Below, in pieces: positions 29,697 to 39,567 of a DNA stretch of 43,300 nucleotides (position 1 is the first letter of the stretch; each line of letters opens with the position of its first letter). Below the pieces are notes generated by a model, which was not told the DNA's origin, did no database searches, and worked only from the letters and a program-made list of their open reading frames with translations. The stretch lies in sequence record DRR723986_8671; one strand, written 5' to 3'. Made by a program: the position numbers and the translations under genes.

Positions 29697-30338
29697 ATGT
29701 CGGACTACGAACTTTTCATCGGAAACAAGAACTACTCCTCCTGGTCTTTCAGGCCGTGGGTTGCTCTCAGGCACAAGGATATTCCCTTCCGGGAGACCCT
29801 GGTTCCTTTCGATTTCGAGAATGGAAATCCGGAATTCGCGGCATTTTCACCAAGCAGAAAAGTACCGGTTCTCAAGGATGGTACCCTGACGGTGTGGGAC
29901 AGCCTGGCGATCCTGGAATATGTCGCCGACTGCTTTCCGGACAAAGGCCTGTGGCCAAAGGACAAGGCCAAACGCGCCTGGGCACGGTCAATCTCGGCGG
30001 AGATGCATTCCGGTTTTACCGCTCTTCGCAGCGAATGTTCCATGAACATGCAGCGCCCTGTGGCGGCAAAAGCCGTCAGCGACGCGGTTAAGGGAGAGGT
30101 CAACCGCATCGTGACCGTCTGGAAAGAATGCCTGGCATCATCAGGCGGTCCTTTCCTGTTTGGCGATTTCACGATTGCCGACGCCATGTATGCACCCGTC
30201 GTCAGCCGTTTCGAGACCTACCAGCTATCCAACGACCCCGTGGTGAGCAAATACAGCGAAGCCATGAAGGCAACCGAGGCCTGGAAAGTCTGGGAAGAGG
30301 CCGCACTCAAGGAAACCTGGGTCGTCGATACCGAGTGA
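29697..30338 (+). CDS. Glutathione S-transferase family protein
   Basis: IGNKNYSSWSFRPW, KVPVL..VWDSLAILEY, AEMHSGF and ADAMYAPV. Confidence 0.93.
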   Translation: MSDYELFIGNKNYSSWSFRPWVALRHKDIPFRETLVPFDFENGNPEFAAFSPSRKVPVLKDGTLTVWDSLAILEYVADCFPDKGLWPKDKAKRAWARSISAEMHSGFTALRSECSMNMQRPVAAKAVSDAVKGEVNRIVTVWKECLASSGGPFLFGDFTIADAMYAPVVSRFETYQLSNDPVVSKYSEAMKATEAWKVWEEAALKETWVVDTE

Positions 30339-30375
30339 GGTTCCTGTCAGCCCGGCGCCAGCCGCCGGGCGGCTA

Positions 30376-31359
30376 TCAGGCCGTAACCGCGTCGCTGGCC
30401 AACGCAGTGTCCTCACGTTGCTGAAAATCACGGCTGCCTGAATCAGGTTTGCCAGCGTACTGGAATGCGCCTTCGTCTTCGAAGAAGCTATAAAGGCTGT
30501 CGACAAACCGGCGTACTTTCAGCGGAATGAACCGATTGGAAGGATAGACCGCATGGACCGGATGCGGCGGGTATTGCCATTGTGGCAGCACCACTTCCAG
30601 GTCTCCCGTTCGCAGGTACGGCTCGATAAGCCAGCGATTGGAGAGCGCAATTCCGAGACCGGCGAGTGCCGCACGGCGCAGGGTCGAAGAGTTGTTGACC
30701 AGCATTGTCGGCGTGATCTTGATAGACAGCTTTTCACCGATCGGACTGATGAACGGAACCCGGTTCCCGGTCGCGATGTTCTTGTAAAGCAAGTAATCGT
30801 GATCGGGCAGCTCGTCGGGATGGACAGGGCGTCCACGTTTATCCAGATAGTCTGGTGATGCCACCAGGCAGCGCTGAGCAAGCCCGAGCCTTCGAACAAT
30901 CAGCCGGTCGTCCTCGATCTCACCCATGCGGATTGCCACATCGAGTCGTTGCTGGATGACATCGACAAACTGGTCAGACAACGACACATCCAGCAGGATG
31001 CCGGGGTGATCTTTCTTGAAGCGGATCAGGAAGTCCGAAAGGATGGTTTCCGCAAAGCCAAGAGGCAGCCCCACCGATAGCGGCCCGGACATCTGGGCCT
31101 CCTCGCTCTGAACCGAGCGGTCGGCCTCATCGAGGCGCTCCAGAATATCCCTTGCATAGGCATAATAGCGTTCCCCGGCTTCCGTCAGGCTGAGTTGACG
31201 TGTGGTCCGGTTCAGCAGTCTGATGCCCAGATCGTCTTCAAGTGCCCGAACCTGCTGGCTGACGGCAGGTTGCGAGATGCCGAGGAGCTTTGCTGCTGCT
31301 GAGAAGCTGCCGAGATTGACAGCCTGCACAAAGCCGGAAAGGGAGGAAAGCTTGTCCAT
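30376..31359 (-). CDS. LysR family regulator (CrgA/DmlR-like)
   Basis: GSFSAAA..SQPAVSQQVRALE..LLNRTTRQLSLTEAG and LKVRRFVD. Confidence 0.93.
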   Translation of the reverse strand: MDKLSSLSGFVQAVNLGSFSAAAKLLGISQPAVSQQVRALEDDLGIRLLNRTTRQLSLTEAGERYYAYARDILERLDEADRSVQSEEAQMSGPLSVGLPLGFAETILSDFLIRFKKDHPGILLDVSLSDQFVDVIQQRLDVAIRMGEIEDDRLIVRRLGLAQRCLVASPDYLDKRGRPVHPDELPDHDYLLYKNIATGNRVPFISPIGEKLSIKITPTMLVNNSSTLRRAALAGLGIALSNRWLIEPYLRTGDLEVVLPQWQYPPHPVHAVYPSNRFIPLKVRRFVDSLYSFFEDEGAFQYAGKPDSGSRDFQQREDTALASDAVTA

Positions 31360-31399
31360 GGCGGCCCCAGTTGGAGAGCGAGTGAGGAGCGACCTCATA

Positions 31400-31416
31400 C
31401 ATAAGCACGGATTATG
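31400..31416. promoter_or_regulatory. LysR T-N11-A box
   Basis: CATAA-GCACGGA-TTATG between the divergent LysR and MBL genes. Confidence 0.65.
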
Positions 31417-31536
31417 AGTAATATAAGATATTGGCCGCTTTAAAAACAAAGCCAATGAAACACTTTTAGGACTGCCGGACCGATCCAACGGTTCGAGCGT
31501 CAAAGTTTTCCATCAGGTCGAGCCGGGAGGCCAATT

Positions 31537-32532
31537 ATGACCACTTCACAGATTTCCGTTTCCAGACGTTCGCTGCTCGGTGCGGCTGCCGGGGCAGGGG
31601 CGCTCGCCGCTGCCGGTGGTGTCACTTTTCTTTCCGTACCCGCAGAGGCCGCTGTCGATCAAGCTGGAAAGCCGATGGCAGGTGCACTCCGCTACAAGGT
31701 CGGCGATCTTGAAATCACCGCCTTGCTCGACGGCTATCTCGATGTCACGCCGGAACTGGTGATCGGCTACGACGCATCGGAAGGGCAGCGCCTGAGAGAT
31801 GCAGCCATGGTTGAAGGTGAGGCATTGCGTATTCCCGTCAATGCCTACCTCGTCAACACCGGTGACCGGCTGATCCTTGTCGATGCCGGCACTGCGGATG
31901 CTCTGGGCCCGACCATGGGGCGTCTGCCGGATGCCTTGGCAGCTGCAGGTGTATCGCCCGATCAGGTGGACGCGCTGTTGATCACCCACATGCATCCGGA
32001 CCACCTCTTCGGTGTGATCGATGGTGACGGCAACAAGGTGTTCAAGAATGCGGAACTGATCCTCCCGGAGGTGGACAAGGCCTTCTGGTACGATGATGCG
32101 GCAATGAACGGCGCTCCCGAGCAGTTCAAACCGTTCTTCCTCGGTGCACGCAAGGCTGCCGATGCCTACAAGGACAGCCAGACCCTGATTTCCGGCGACA
32201 AGGAAATCCTGTCCGGCATCCGGCCGATGGCTCTTCCGGGTCACACGCCTGGGCATACCGGCTATCTGTTCGACAGCAACGGCGAAACCCTCGTGATTGC
32301 GGGCGATATCGTCCATATGGCCGTCTATCAGTTCAACCGGCCGGACTGGGGTATCGGGTTCGACATTGATCCTGGGCAGGCAGTGTCGACACGCAAGACA
32401 TTCCTGGACCAGGCCGCCGCCGACAAGTTGTTCTTTGCAGGCGCGCATATTCCGTTTCCCGGTATGGGCCGTGTTGCAAAGGACGGCGAGGGTTACCGCT
32501 TCGTCCCGGCCAACTGGCCCTACGCCTACTAA
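31537..32532 (+). CDS. Tat-exported metallo-beta-lactamase-fold hydrolase (MPH/AHL-lactonase-like)
   Basis: Tat motif SRRSLL; VDAG, THMHPDH (HxHxDH), GHTPGH, AGDIVH and GAHIPFPG. Confidence 0.9.
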   Translation: MTTSQISVSRRSLLGAAAGAGALAAAGGVTFLSVPAEAAVDQAGKPMAGALRYKVGDLEITALLDGYLDVTPELVIGYDASEGQRLRDAAMVEGEALRIPVNAYLVNTGDRLILVDAGTADALGPTMGRLPDALAAAGVSPDQVDALLITHMHPDHLFGVIDGDGNKVFKNAELILPEVDKAFWYDDAAMNGAPEQFKPFFLGARKAADAYKDSQTLISGDKEILSGIRPMALPGHTPGHTGYLFDSNGETLVIAGDIVHMAVYQFNRPDWGIGFDIDPGQAVSTRKTFLDQAAADKLFFAGAHIPFPGMGRVAKDGEGYRFVPANWPYAY

Positions 32533-32547
32533 CGAAGAAACTCTTTC

Positions 32548-32571
32548 TGGCCCGGCAACGCTGCCGGGTCA
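32548..32571. terminator. Hairpin between convergent MBL and moeA
   Basis: TGGCCCGGCA-ACGC-TGCCGGGTCA. Confidence 0.55.
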
Positions 32572-33846
32572 GCGCAGTCCGAACCCGGAGAAGGGCAGGA
32601 AGGACACCAGCTCACCCTTGCGGATCGAGGTCACGTCTTCAGGTATTTCGATAAGACCGTCGGCTTCGCGCAGGCCAGTGATCAGGCCGGAGCCGTCGCG
32701 CTGGAATTTATGCGCTGCAAGTGATCCGTCTGGACGAGGCTTCAGATAAGCACGGTAGAACTCTCGGCGGTCCGGCTTTTTCTTGGGAACTTCGAAGGCT
32801 GCCGGAACCTGAAAGGCCTGCGGTTCCAGAAAGGCACCTCCGCCAAGAACGCTGAAGACCGGCCGTGCGTAAAGCAGAAAACAGACCATCGCGGCAACCG
32901 GGTTTCCCGGCAGTCCGAGGACAACGCAGGATCCGATATTTCCGAACATCATCGGGCGGCCAGGCTTGATAGCAAGCTGCCACATGTGGCGTTTTCCGAT
33001 CTTGTCCAGAACCTTGAGCATGTGATCTTCCTCGCCGCGGCTTGCTCCGCCGGTGGTCAGGATCACGTCATGGCTGGCTGCTGCCGTCGAAAGCACCTCT
33101 TCAAGTGCGTCGGCGTCATCTTTCAGAATGCCCAGATCGTCGATCTCGACAGGCAGCGTTGCGCACAGGCTGCGCAGCAGAAAGTGGTTGGAATCGTAAA
33201 CGTCTCCGAGCGTGATGAGGTCGCCGGGCCGGCGTAGCTCGTCGCCTGTCGACACAAGGGCCACCTTCAGTTTCCGGTAAACGGAAACGTCTGCCTGTCC
33301 GGTGGACGCGATTGCCGCGATATCTTGCGGGCGCAAGCGCTGACCGGGGCTCAGCAGCGTCGTTCCCTCCGCCACGTCTTCTCCCGCCTTGCGGCGGTTG
33401 GCACCCGTTTTCAGGCCTTGCGGCACGATCACGAAGTCCTGCCCATCCTGCTGGTGCGTTTCACAATCTTCCTGCATGGCGACCGTATCCGCACCGGGTG
33501 GCATCACCGCTCCAGTAAAGATCCGGGCTGCTGCCCATGGGCCAAGATCGGCGTTGCTCGCGTGCCCTGCAGCTATCCTCTGTTCCAGACGGAAGAAACC
33601 TCCGGCTTCCTCGAAATCGGCGTTGCGGAAGGCGTAACCGTCAACGGCCGAATTGTCGGCCAGTGGCACATTGCGGGGAGCGGTCACCGTATCTGCAAGG
33701 ATGCGTTCGGCGGCATCCTGCAGGGGTACGGTTTCGGTCTCGGCAATGCAATGCAGCCGCTGTTTCAGGATCTCCAGCGCCTCGTGGTGGCGCAAGCGGT
33801 CCTTGTCGTGCAGGAAGCAGTCATCCAGAAGCTGTTTGCCGGTCAT
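32569..33846 (-). CDS. moeA: Molybdopterin molybdotransferase
   Basis: NSAVDGYA, RIFTGA, STGDEL, IKPGRP, GLPGNPV and GSG. Confidence 0.96.
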   Translation of the reverse strand: MTGKQLLDDCFLHDKDRLRHHEALEILKQRLHCIAETETVPLQDAAERILADTVTAPRNVPLADNSAVDGYAFRNADFEEAGGFFRLEQRIAAGHASNADLGPWAAARIFTGAVMPPGADTVAMQEDCETHQQDGQDFVIVPQGLKTGANRRKAGEDVAEGTTLLSPGQRLRPQDIAAIASTGQADVSVYRKLKVALVSTGDELRRPGDLITLGDVYDSNHFLLRSLCATLPVEIDDLGILKDDADALEEVLSTAAASHDVILTTGGASRGEEDHMLKVLDKIGKRHMWQLAIKPGRPMMFGNIGSCVVLGLPGNPVAAMVCFLLYARPVFSVLGGGAFLEPQAFQVPAAFEVPKKKPDRREFYRAYLKPRPDGSLAAHKFQRDGSGLITGLREADGLIEIPEDVTSIRKGELVSFLPFSGFGLR

Positions 33847-34364
33847 GTTGTCGACCTTTTCAGCCCGAGATGGGTCTCGATGAAATTCGCCATGGCGGCA
33901 ATGTCGTCCAGATGAAACACCGGCAACACCTCGTCCGGTAAATCGTGATCGGTTGCGATGGCCAGAATATTCGGATCGGAAACGGCAAGGGGGCCGCGTT
34001 CGCTTGCCTCGGTTCTGCGTGCCTCGATCTTCGGATGGGGTTCGCTCTTGTAGCCTTCGATCAGGATCAGGTCGCAGGGAGCAAGCCGCTCCAGAACGTC
34101 TTCCAACGGCGGCTCGTCTTCCTCTTTCAGTTCATGCATCAAGGCCCAACGGCGTCCGGACACCAGTGCTACTTCCACTGCACCTGCTTCGCGGTGCCGG
34201 AAACTGTCCGTGCCCGGCTTGTCGATATCGAAGCCGTGATGAGCATGCTTTACGGTCGAAACCTTCAGGCCCCGCGCGGTGAACTCGGCCACGAGGCTCG
34301 CCACGAGTTGTGTCTTGCCGGAATTCTTCCAGCCGGTGATGCCGAATACAGGGGTGGTGGTCAT
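33843..34364 (-). CDS. mobB: Molybdopterin-guanine dinucleotide biosynthesis protein B
   Basis: GWKNSGKT, KHAHHGFDID..GTDSFRH and LIEGYK. Confidence 0.96.
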   Translation of the reverse strand: MTTTPVFGITGWKNSGKTQLVASLVAEFTARGLKVSTVKHAHHGFDIDKPGTDSFRHREAGAVEVALVSGRRWALMHELKEEDEPPLEDVLERLAPCDLILIEGYKSEPHPKIEARRTEASERGPLAVSDPNILAIATDHDLPDEVLPVFHLDDIAAMANFIETHLGLKRSTT

Positions 34365-35014
34365 CTGGAATGTAAGCTCAGCGCGTCTCTGACAGTCGAA
34401 AGGTCATCAGGTTTGTTGGCATTGAAGAAGGGGTCCAACCCGCTGTCAGGATCCGCATCGAAGGCGACTTCGACACTGTCGTAACAGTCGACAAAGGCAA
34501 GCACCTTGCCTGTCTTGCCGGATTGCAGCCAGTCCTCGAGATCCGCTTTCAGGCTGACAGGCCAGAGACCGAAGACAGGGTGGAGCTTGTCCGCAGAAGA
34601 GGCGAGGGCAATGACCGGTCTGTCACCGGGGACTGCAGCACAGAACCGGCTGACAAGGCTGGTAGGGAAAAACGGCGTGTCACCGGCTACCGAAATCACA
34701 TGGGTGATATCCGGTCGTTCGTTGTGAGCATAAGTCATGCCGGCCAGGACACCTGCCAGCGGTCCTGCGAAATCGCCTACCGGATCAGCGGCAACAGGCA
34801 GCTGAAAGCGCGCAAACCGGTCTGGGTCACCATTGGCGTTCAGGATTATATCGTGCAGCTGTGGCTTCAGGCGGGCGAGGATCATATCAAGCATCGTCTT
34901 GCCGCCAAGATCCATCAGGCTCTTGTCTCCGCCGCCCATTCTGCGGGATTGGCCGCCGGCAAGTACGCAACCAAGCACCTTGCTGCTCTCAAGGGTCTTC
35001 TTGTGTCTGGTCAT
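34361..35014 (-). CDS. mobA: Molybdenum cofactor guanylyltransferase
   Basis: LAGGQSRRMGGGDK, GPLAG, DTPF and FFNAN; true ATG at 35014 overlaps the fdhD stop (ATGA). Confidence 0.95.
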   Translation of the reverse strand: MTRHKKTLESSKVLGCVLAGGQSRRMGGGDKSLMDLGGKTMLDMILARLKPQLHDIILNANGDPDRFARFQLPVAADPVGDFAGPLAGVLAGMTYAHNERPDITHVISVAGDTPFFPTSLVSRFCAAVPGDRPVIALASSADKLHPVFGLWPVSLKADLEDWLQSGKTGKVLAFVDCYDSVEVAFDADPDSGLDPFFNANKPDDLSTVRDALSLHSR

Positions 35015-35895
35015 TCTGCCGGGACGCTCCCTTTTCGGCGGGCCGTATCCGGCTCGTCTTCCACGTCGCTTGCGGACATGTCGAACACGATCCTGTCGTG
35101 ACCGGACAAGGCAACGAACCGCTTGCCGCGTGCGCGGCCGATCAGCGTAAGGCCGGCCTTGCGTGCGAGTTCGACGCCCCAGGCGGTAAACCCCGAGCGT
35201 GACACGAGGATCGGAATGCCCATCATCACGGTCTTGATGACCATTTCGGAGGTCAGTCTGCCAGTGGTATAGAAGATCTTGTCGTGCGCGGGGATGTCGT
35301 TCAGGACCATCCAACCTGCGATCTTGTCGACCGCATTGTGGCGGCCGACATCTTCCATGTAGACCAGCGCACGGTCTTCCTGGCACAGAACACAGCCATG
35401 GATCGCCCCCGCCTCGAGATAGAGGGAAGGTGTTGTGTTGATGGTTTTGGTCAGCGCATAGAGCCAGGAAGTGTTTAGACGGGCGTCCTCTGCGAGTTGA
35501 ACGGTATCGAAGCCGTCCATGACATCGCCGAAGACTGTCCCCTGGGCGCAGCCGGAGGTGCGCACCTTCTTCTTCAGCTTTTCCTCGAAATTGGTTTCGC
35601 GCTCGGTGCGAACCACCACAACATCCAGATCGTCGTCATGGTCGATGCCGGTGATGACATCGTCCTCGGCCAGCATGTTCTGGTTTTTCAGATAACCGAC
35701 GGCGAGAAGGTCCGGATGATCGCCAATGGTCATCATGGTGACCACTTCCTGAGAATTCAGGTAGAGGGTCAGGGGTTTTTCCGTCACGACACGCGTTTCG
35801 ACCGGCTGTCCGTCCTGATCGATACCGGTTACGGACGTCGAAAGACGCGAATCTTCCGGGTCGGGTTGCAGCACATATGAGCCTGACACAGGCAA
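35011..35895 (-). CDS. fdhD: Formate dehydrogenase accessory sulfurtransferase
   Basis: TSGCAQG, GAIHGC, EDVGRHNAVDK and TTGRLTSEMVIK. Confidence 0.95.
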   Translation of the reverse strand: MPVSGSYVLQPDPEDSRLSTSVTGIDQDGQPVETRVVTEKPLTLYLNSQEVVTMMTIGDHPDLLAVGYLKNQNMLAEDDVITGIDHDDDLDVVVVRTERETNFEEKLKKKVRTSGCAQGTVFGDVMDGFDTVQLAEDARLNTSWLYALTKTINTTPSLYLEAGAIHGCVLCQEDRALVYMEDVGRHNAVDKIAGWMVLNDIPAHDKIFYTTGRLTSEMVIKTVMMGIPILVSRSGFTAWGVELARKAGLTLIGRARGKRFVALSGHDRIVFDMSASDVEDEPDTARRKGSVPAE

Positions 35896-35956
35896 ACGAC
35901 TCCATTTGCTTCGATTGTCTCAACACTATGGGACGCGATTGCCGCGGGGCAAGGTG

Positions 35957-37115
35957 TTACTTTGCCGTTTTGGTTCGCGAAAGTGCCATGAAGGCACCGC
36001 CGGCCAGCAGTCCCCAAAATGCACCCGAAACACCCAAGAAACTAACCCCGGAAGCCGTCACCATGAAGGTAATGATGGCGCTGTCCCTGTCGGCGGGAGC
36101 CTTTGTGGCCTCGCTGATGGAAAAGGCAAAAGCCCCCAGCAGGGCCAATCCCGCAACGGCTTCGATCAGGATAGTCGGCGTGGCCGCGACAAAGGCCATC
36201 ACCAGCCCTGCGAATAAGCCGAACAGGATGTAGACCGCACCTGCGGTCACCGCTGCCCAGTAACGCTTTGCCGGATCCTTGTGCGCATCTTCACCCGCGC
36301 ACATTGCTGCCGTGATGGCGGCAAGGTTGACCGCATGTCCGCCGAATGGGGCGGACAACACACTGAAGACGCCGGACAGAGTGAAAAGCGGTCCGCTTTT
36401 GGGGCGGTAGCCATAGGCGGACAGTACGGCGACGCCAGGGATGTTCTGGGACGCCATCGTCACGATGAAGAGCGGCAACGCGATACTGATCAATGCTTCC
36501 AGGGAAAACGAGGGTGCGATCTAGACTGGTTCGGTGATCGGCTGGACCTTGCTCAGGTCGATCGGGCCGCTGCTCGAAAGGCCGATCGCGAATGTCATGA
36601 CCATGGCAAGGGGAACCGCGAAGAGCCTGAAAAAGCGCAAGGCAATCGCCCAGACGGCAATGATGGCTAGTGCGCTGTAAGGCAGTTCTGCGACGGCTCT
36701 TACCGGCGCAAGGCACAGTCCGAACAGGACACCTGCCAGCATCGCGTTGGCAAGTGGTGCCGGAATGGCTGCGACCGCCCGTCCGAATGGCTTGATCAGG
36801 CCCGCGAGTACGATAAGCGCGCCACAAACCAGAAAAGCACCAACGGCTGCCGAAAAGCCTCCTTCGAGCGGGCCGGCTGTCGCAAGGAGCGCGGCACCGG
36901 GTGTCGACCACGCGATGCTGACGGGGATCTTCGTGGTGAGGGAGGCAACGATCGCGCAAAGGCCCATGGAAATGGACAGTGCCATCAGGCCGCTGGTTGC
37001 TTCGGCTGGGGAAGCGCCGGCTGCTGTCAGCCCTTGAATGACGATAGCGAATGAACTTGCAAAGCCGACAATGGCGGCAAGAAAGCCGGCTGATACCGGC
37101 GAACCTGCCTGACAT
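35957..37115 (-). pseudogene. benE: Benzoate/H+ symporter BenE family, interrupted
   Basis: Motifs VGFASSF, AWSTPGAALL, TMASQNIPG and NLAAITAAMC lie in one frame split by an in-frame TAG at 36521-36523. The best-RBS ATG (37115) is out of frame with the body. Confidence 0.85.
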
Positions 37116-37252
37116 GATGCAATCCCCCAGTTAACAAGGGCGCACAATATCGGCATGCCTGGCAATCGGACTAGGACCCTACGGCCACGAACCGGATAAT
37201 TTTGCGAAACATGTGATGAGCTGGGGCTCCGTGGCAGAAAACCCGGAGCGGC

Positions 37253-37711
37253 TCAGATCATCAACATGTCGTTGGTCAGGCGGCCTTCCTGAAGTTCCTG
37301 CGCGAAATGTCCGAACGCCCGGTAGGCTTCTTCCCGCGTTACGTCGGCAGGATGGTCAAGCAGAGGGCGCAGCACGTCGTGCTTGGAAGCAGCCAGTCCA
37401 TCGGTCAGATCCCGGAAGAACATCAGCGAATTCGGGAACAGCCGGAAATCCGCCGGTTCGTGAATGATGCCCTCGATGGCTTCAAGACGCGGATCGTTCA
37501 TCACGCAATAGACGGTATCAAGCACCGGGCCGGTCAGGCCCTCCAGAACCTGGATGATGTGCTGATCGACCAGCAGAAGCGCACCGGTTACGCCGGCCTT
37601 TCTGTTGATCCGCCGAATACGCAGCAACGTCTTGTCGATTTCGTCGGGCAGGGGCAGACGCATGTTGCCCCAGTTGATCTTGCTTCGGTAGCAGGCGCGG
37701 TAAAGTTCCAT
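37253..37711 (-). CDS. Stand-alone BLUF-domain protein (degenerate)
   Basis: YRS, N..GVTGALL, QVLEG, DPR and RLF...M match the BLUF pattern. Confidence 0.78.
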   Translation of the reverse strand: MELYRACYRSKINWGNMRLPLPDEIDKTLLRIRRINRKAGVTGALLLVDQHIIQVLEGLTGPVLDTVYCVMNDPRLEAIEGIIHEPADFRLFPNSLMFFRDLTDGLAASKHDVLRPLLDHPADVTREEAYRAFGHFAQELQEGRLTNDMLMI

Positions 37712-37915
37712 GGCGTATCCATCCTTTTGCCGATGAAACCAGCCTGCGCTTCAATTCCTCACATTTGCTTAAAATTTGAATCAAATACGAAGAAGAGCTT
37801 TTCGTGTTACCGAAGCGTTGCCAAGTCCTCCGCAAAAGTGTGCTTTGCGGTCCGGTGAACAGAACAAGAAAACTGTGCAAAACAACGTGCGCACATCTTT
37901 GTGTGGATAAGGAGG

Positions 37916-38509
37916 TCAGGCACCGGCTTCGAGCTTGAAATCCAGACTGGCTCTAACGGCAGGCCACTCGTGAGGAAGAATCGAATAAACCGCCGTATCT
38001 CTGAGCGCTCCGTTGGGCGAGCGCTGGTGGGATCGCAGAACACCATCCAGTTTGGCACCTAACCTTTCGATGGCGGCGCGGCTTTGGCGATTCATGAAGT
38101 GCGTCCGGAATTCGACCGCGATGCAGTCCAGTTCCTCAAACGCATGTGCCAGCAGCATGCGTTTGCATTCCGTGTTGAGGCGAGTGCGCTGCACGGCCTT
38201 GCGATACCAGGTCGAACCGATTTCGACGCGCTTGTTGGCCGCATCGATGTTCATATAGGTGGTCATGCCGACGGCCTTGCCGGTTGGCGTCAACACGGCG
38301 AACGGAAGCATCGAGCCGGCTTCCTGAAGCGACAGCCGTCTTTCAATTTCCGCCCGAACGGCATCCGGTTTCGGGACGCTGGTGTACCAAAGCTTCCACA
38401 GTTCGCCGTCGGCGGCAGCTTCAGACAGATCGGCGGCGTGGGATAGGCTCAAGGGCGCAAGTGTGCCGGTAATGCCCTTCAGGGTTACGGGGAGAGGCCA
38501 GGCCATCAT
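37916..38509 (-). CDS. GNAT/RimJ-RimL family N-acetyltransferase
   Basis: LWYTSVP, VEIGSTW..NTECK and SRAAIERLGAKLDGVLR. Confidence 0.9.
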   Translation of the reverse strand: MMAWPLPVTLKGITGTLAPLSLSHAADLSEAAADGELWKLWYTSVPKPDAVRAEIERRLSLQEAGSMLPFAVLTPTGKAVGMTTYMNIDAANKRVEIGSTWYRKAVQRTRLNTECKRMLLAHAFEELDCIAVEFRTHFMNRQSRAAIERLGAKLDGVLRSHQRSPNGALRDTAVYSILPHEWPAVRASLDFKLEAGA

Positions 38510-38532
38510 GTGTCTCCAGTCGAATTGGCAGG

Positions 38533-39213
38533 TCAGAACGGGCGCTCTTCTCCGCTCCATTTGAAGAACTTTCCGGTATCGGTAACAGACAGGGAACCGG
38601 CAATCTTCAGAACGCCCCGCGCAACATCCACCGGGTCATTGTCTGCCTGCTGGCCGCCCATGTCTGTACGCACCCAGCCCGGATCTATCAGTGCGACCGG
38701 AATGCCTTCCGGTTCCAGATCGGTCGCCAGCCCCTGCATGACCTTGTTTACTGCCGCCTTGGAGGCACGGTAGGCGAGGGTGTCCGACTTCCGGTATCCC
38801 ATCCAGGCCATTTGGCTGGAGATGGTCAGGATCCGACCGGATCCCGACCGGCGCAAATGAGGCAGGAAAGCTTGCGAGACCGCCAAAGGTGCAAGGGTGT
38901 TGACGGCCAGGGTTTCGGCAAAACCCTCGAAATCCATATCGAGTGCGCTTTGACGTTCCGGAGTGATGATGCCCGCGTTGTTGATCAGAAGGTTCAGCGG
39001 GGTGTCGAGGTCGCCGGCGACCGCGTGAACGGTGGCATGGTCTCTCACATCGAAAACCAGCGGATGAAAATCTTTGCCGAGTCGTTCCGCTGTCTCGTCA
39101 GCCGACTGCTGCGTGCGGACGGAGCCGTAAACGGTCCAGCCAATGTCCAGTGCTGCGCGGGCAAGTTCAAAACCGATCCCGCGATTGGCTGCGGTGATGA
39201 GGCAGGTTGGCAT
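38533..39213 (-). CDS. Short-chain dehydrogenase/reductase (CsgA-like)
   Basis: ITAANRGIG, NNAG, YRASK and PGWVRTDMG. Confidence 0.92.
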   Translation of the reverse strand: MPTCLITAANRGIGFELARAALDIGWTVYGSVRTQQSADETAERLGKDFHPLVFDVRDHATVHAVAGDLDTPLNLLINNAGIITPERQSALDMDFEGFAETLAVNTLAPLAVSQAFLPHLRRSGSGRILTISSQMAWMGYRKSDTLAYRASKAAVNKVMQGLATDLEPEGIPVALIDPGWVRTDMGGQQADNDPVDVARGVLKIAGSLSVTDTGKFFKWSGEERPF

Positions 39214-39567
39214 GGCGAATTCCTGAAGCTGGAATGTCTTGGGAAGGACGCTGTGTAGGGCCGTAACAAATTAACCGGGCCGTCTGGCTGTTCAACGAAA
39301 ACATTGTCTCCCTTTGAGGAGGGGTAACAATCGGGAGATCCAGCAGCAACCATGGCACCTTCGCTAACAATGAAGGCTTCTGAAGCTTGCAGCTTTCAAC
39401 TGTGCAGGGCTTGTGTCGGATTCTCACCCCTTCTATGACTCGCGGTCTGAAACCGGAACGCGCCGTGCTTCATTTTGGCAAGTTGCCTGAATGGAACGGC
39501 GAACTAGAGTTCGCACCGGAAATAGCCGGTTGAACACAGTGGCCGGTGTACGAAACAGGACCGAAAG

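Noticed and set aside
29225-30091. 288-aa plus-strand ORF
   Set aside because: Overlaps GST out of frame and the hypothetical gene on the opposite strand; no motifs.
35015-35386. Apparent 124-aa N-terminal extension of MobA
   Set aside because: Overlaps fdhD in another frame; the ATGA junction at 35011-35014 gives the normal start.
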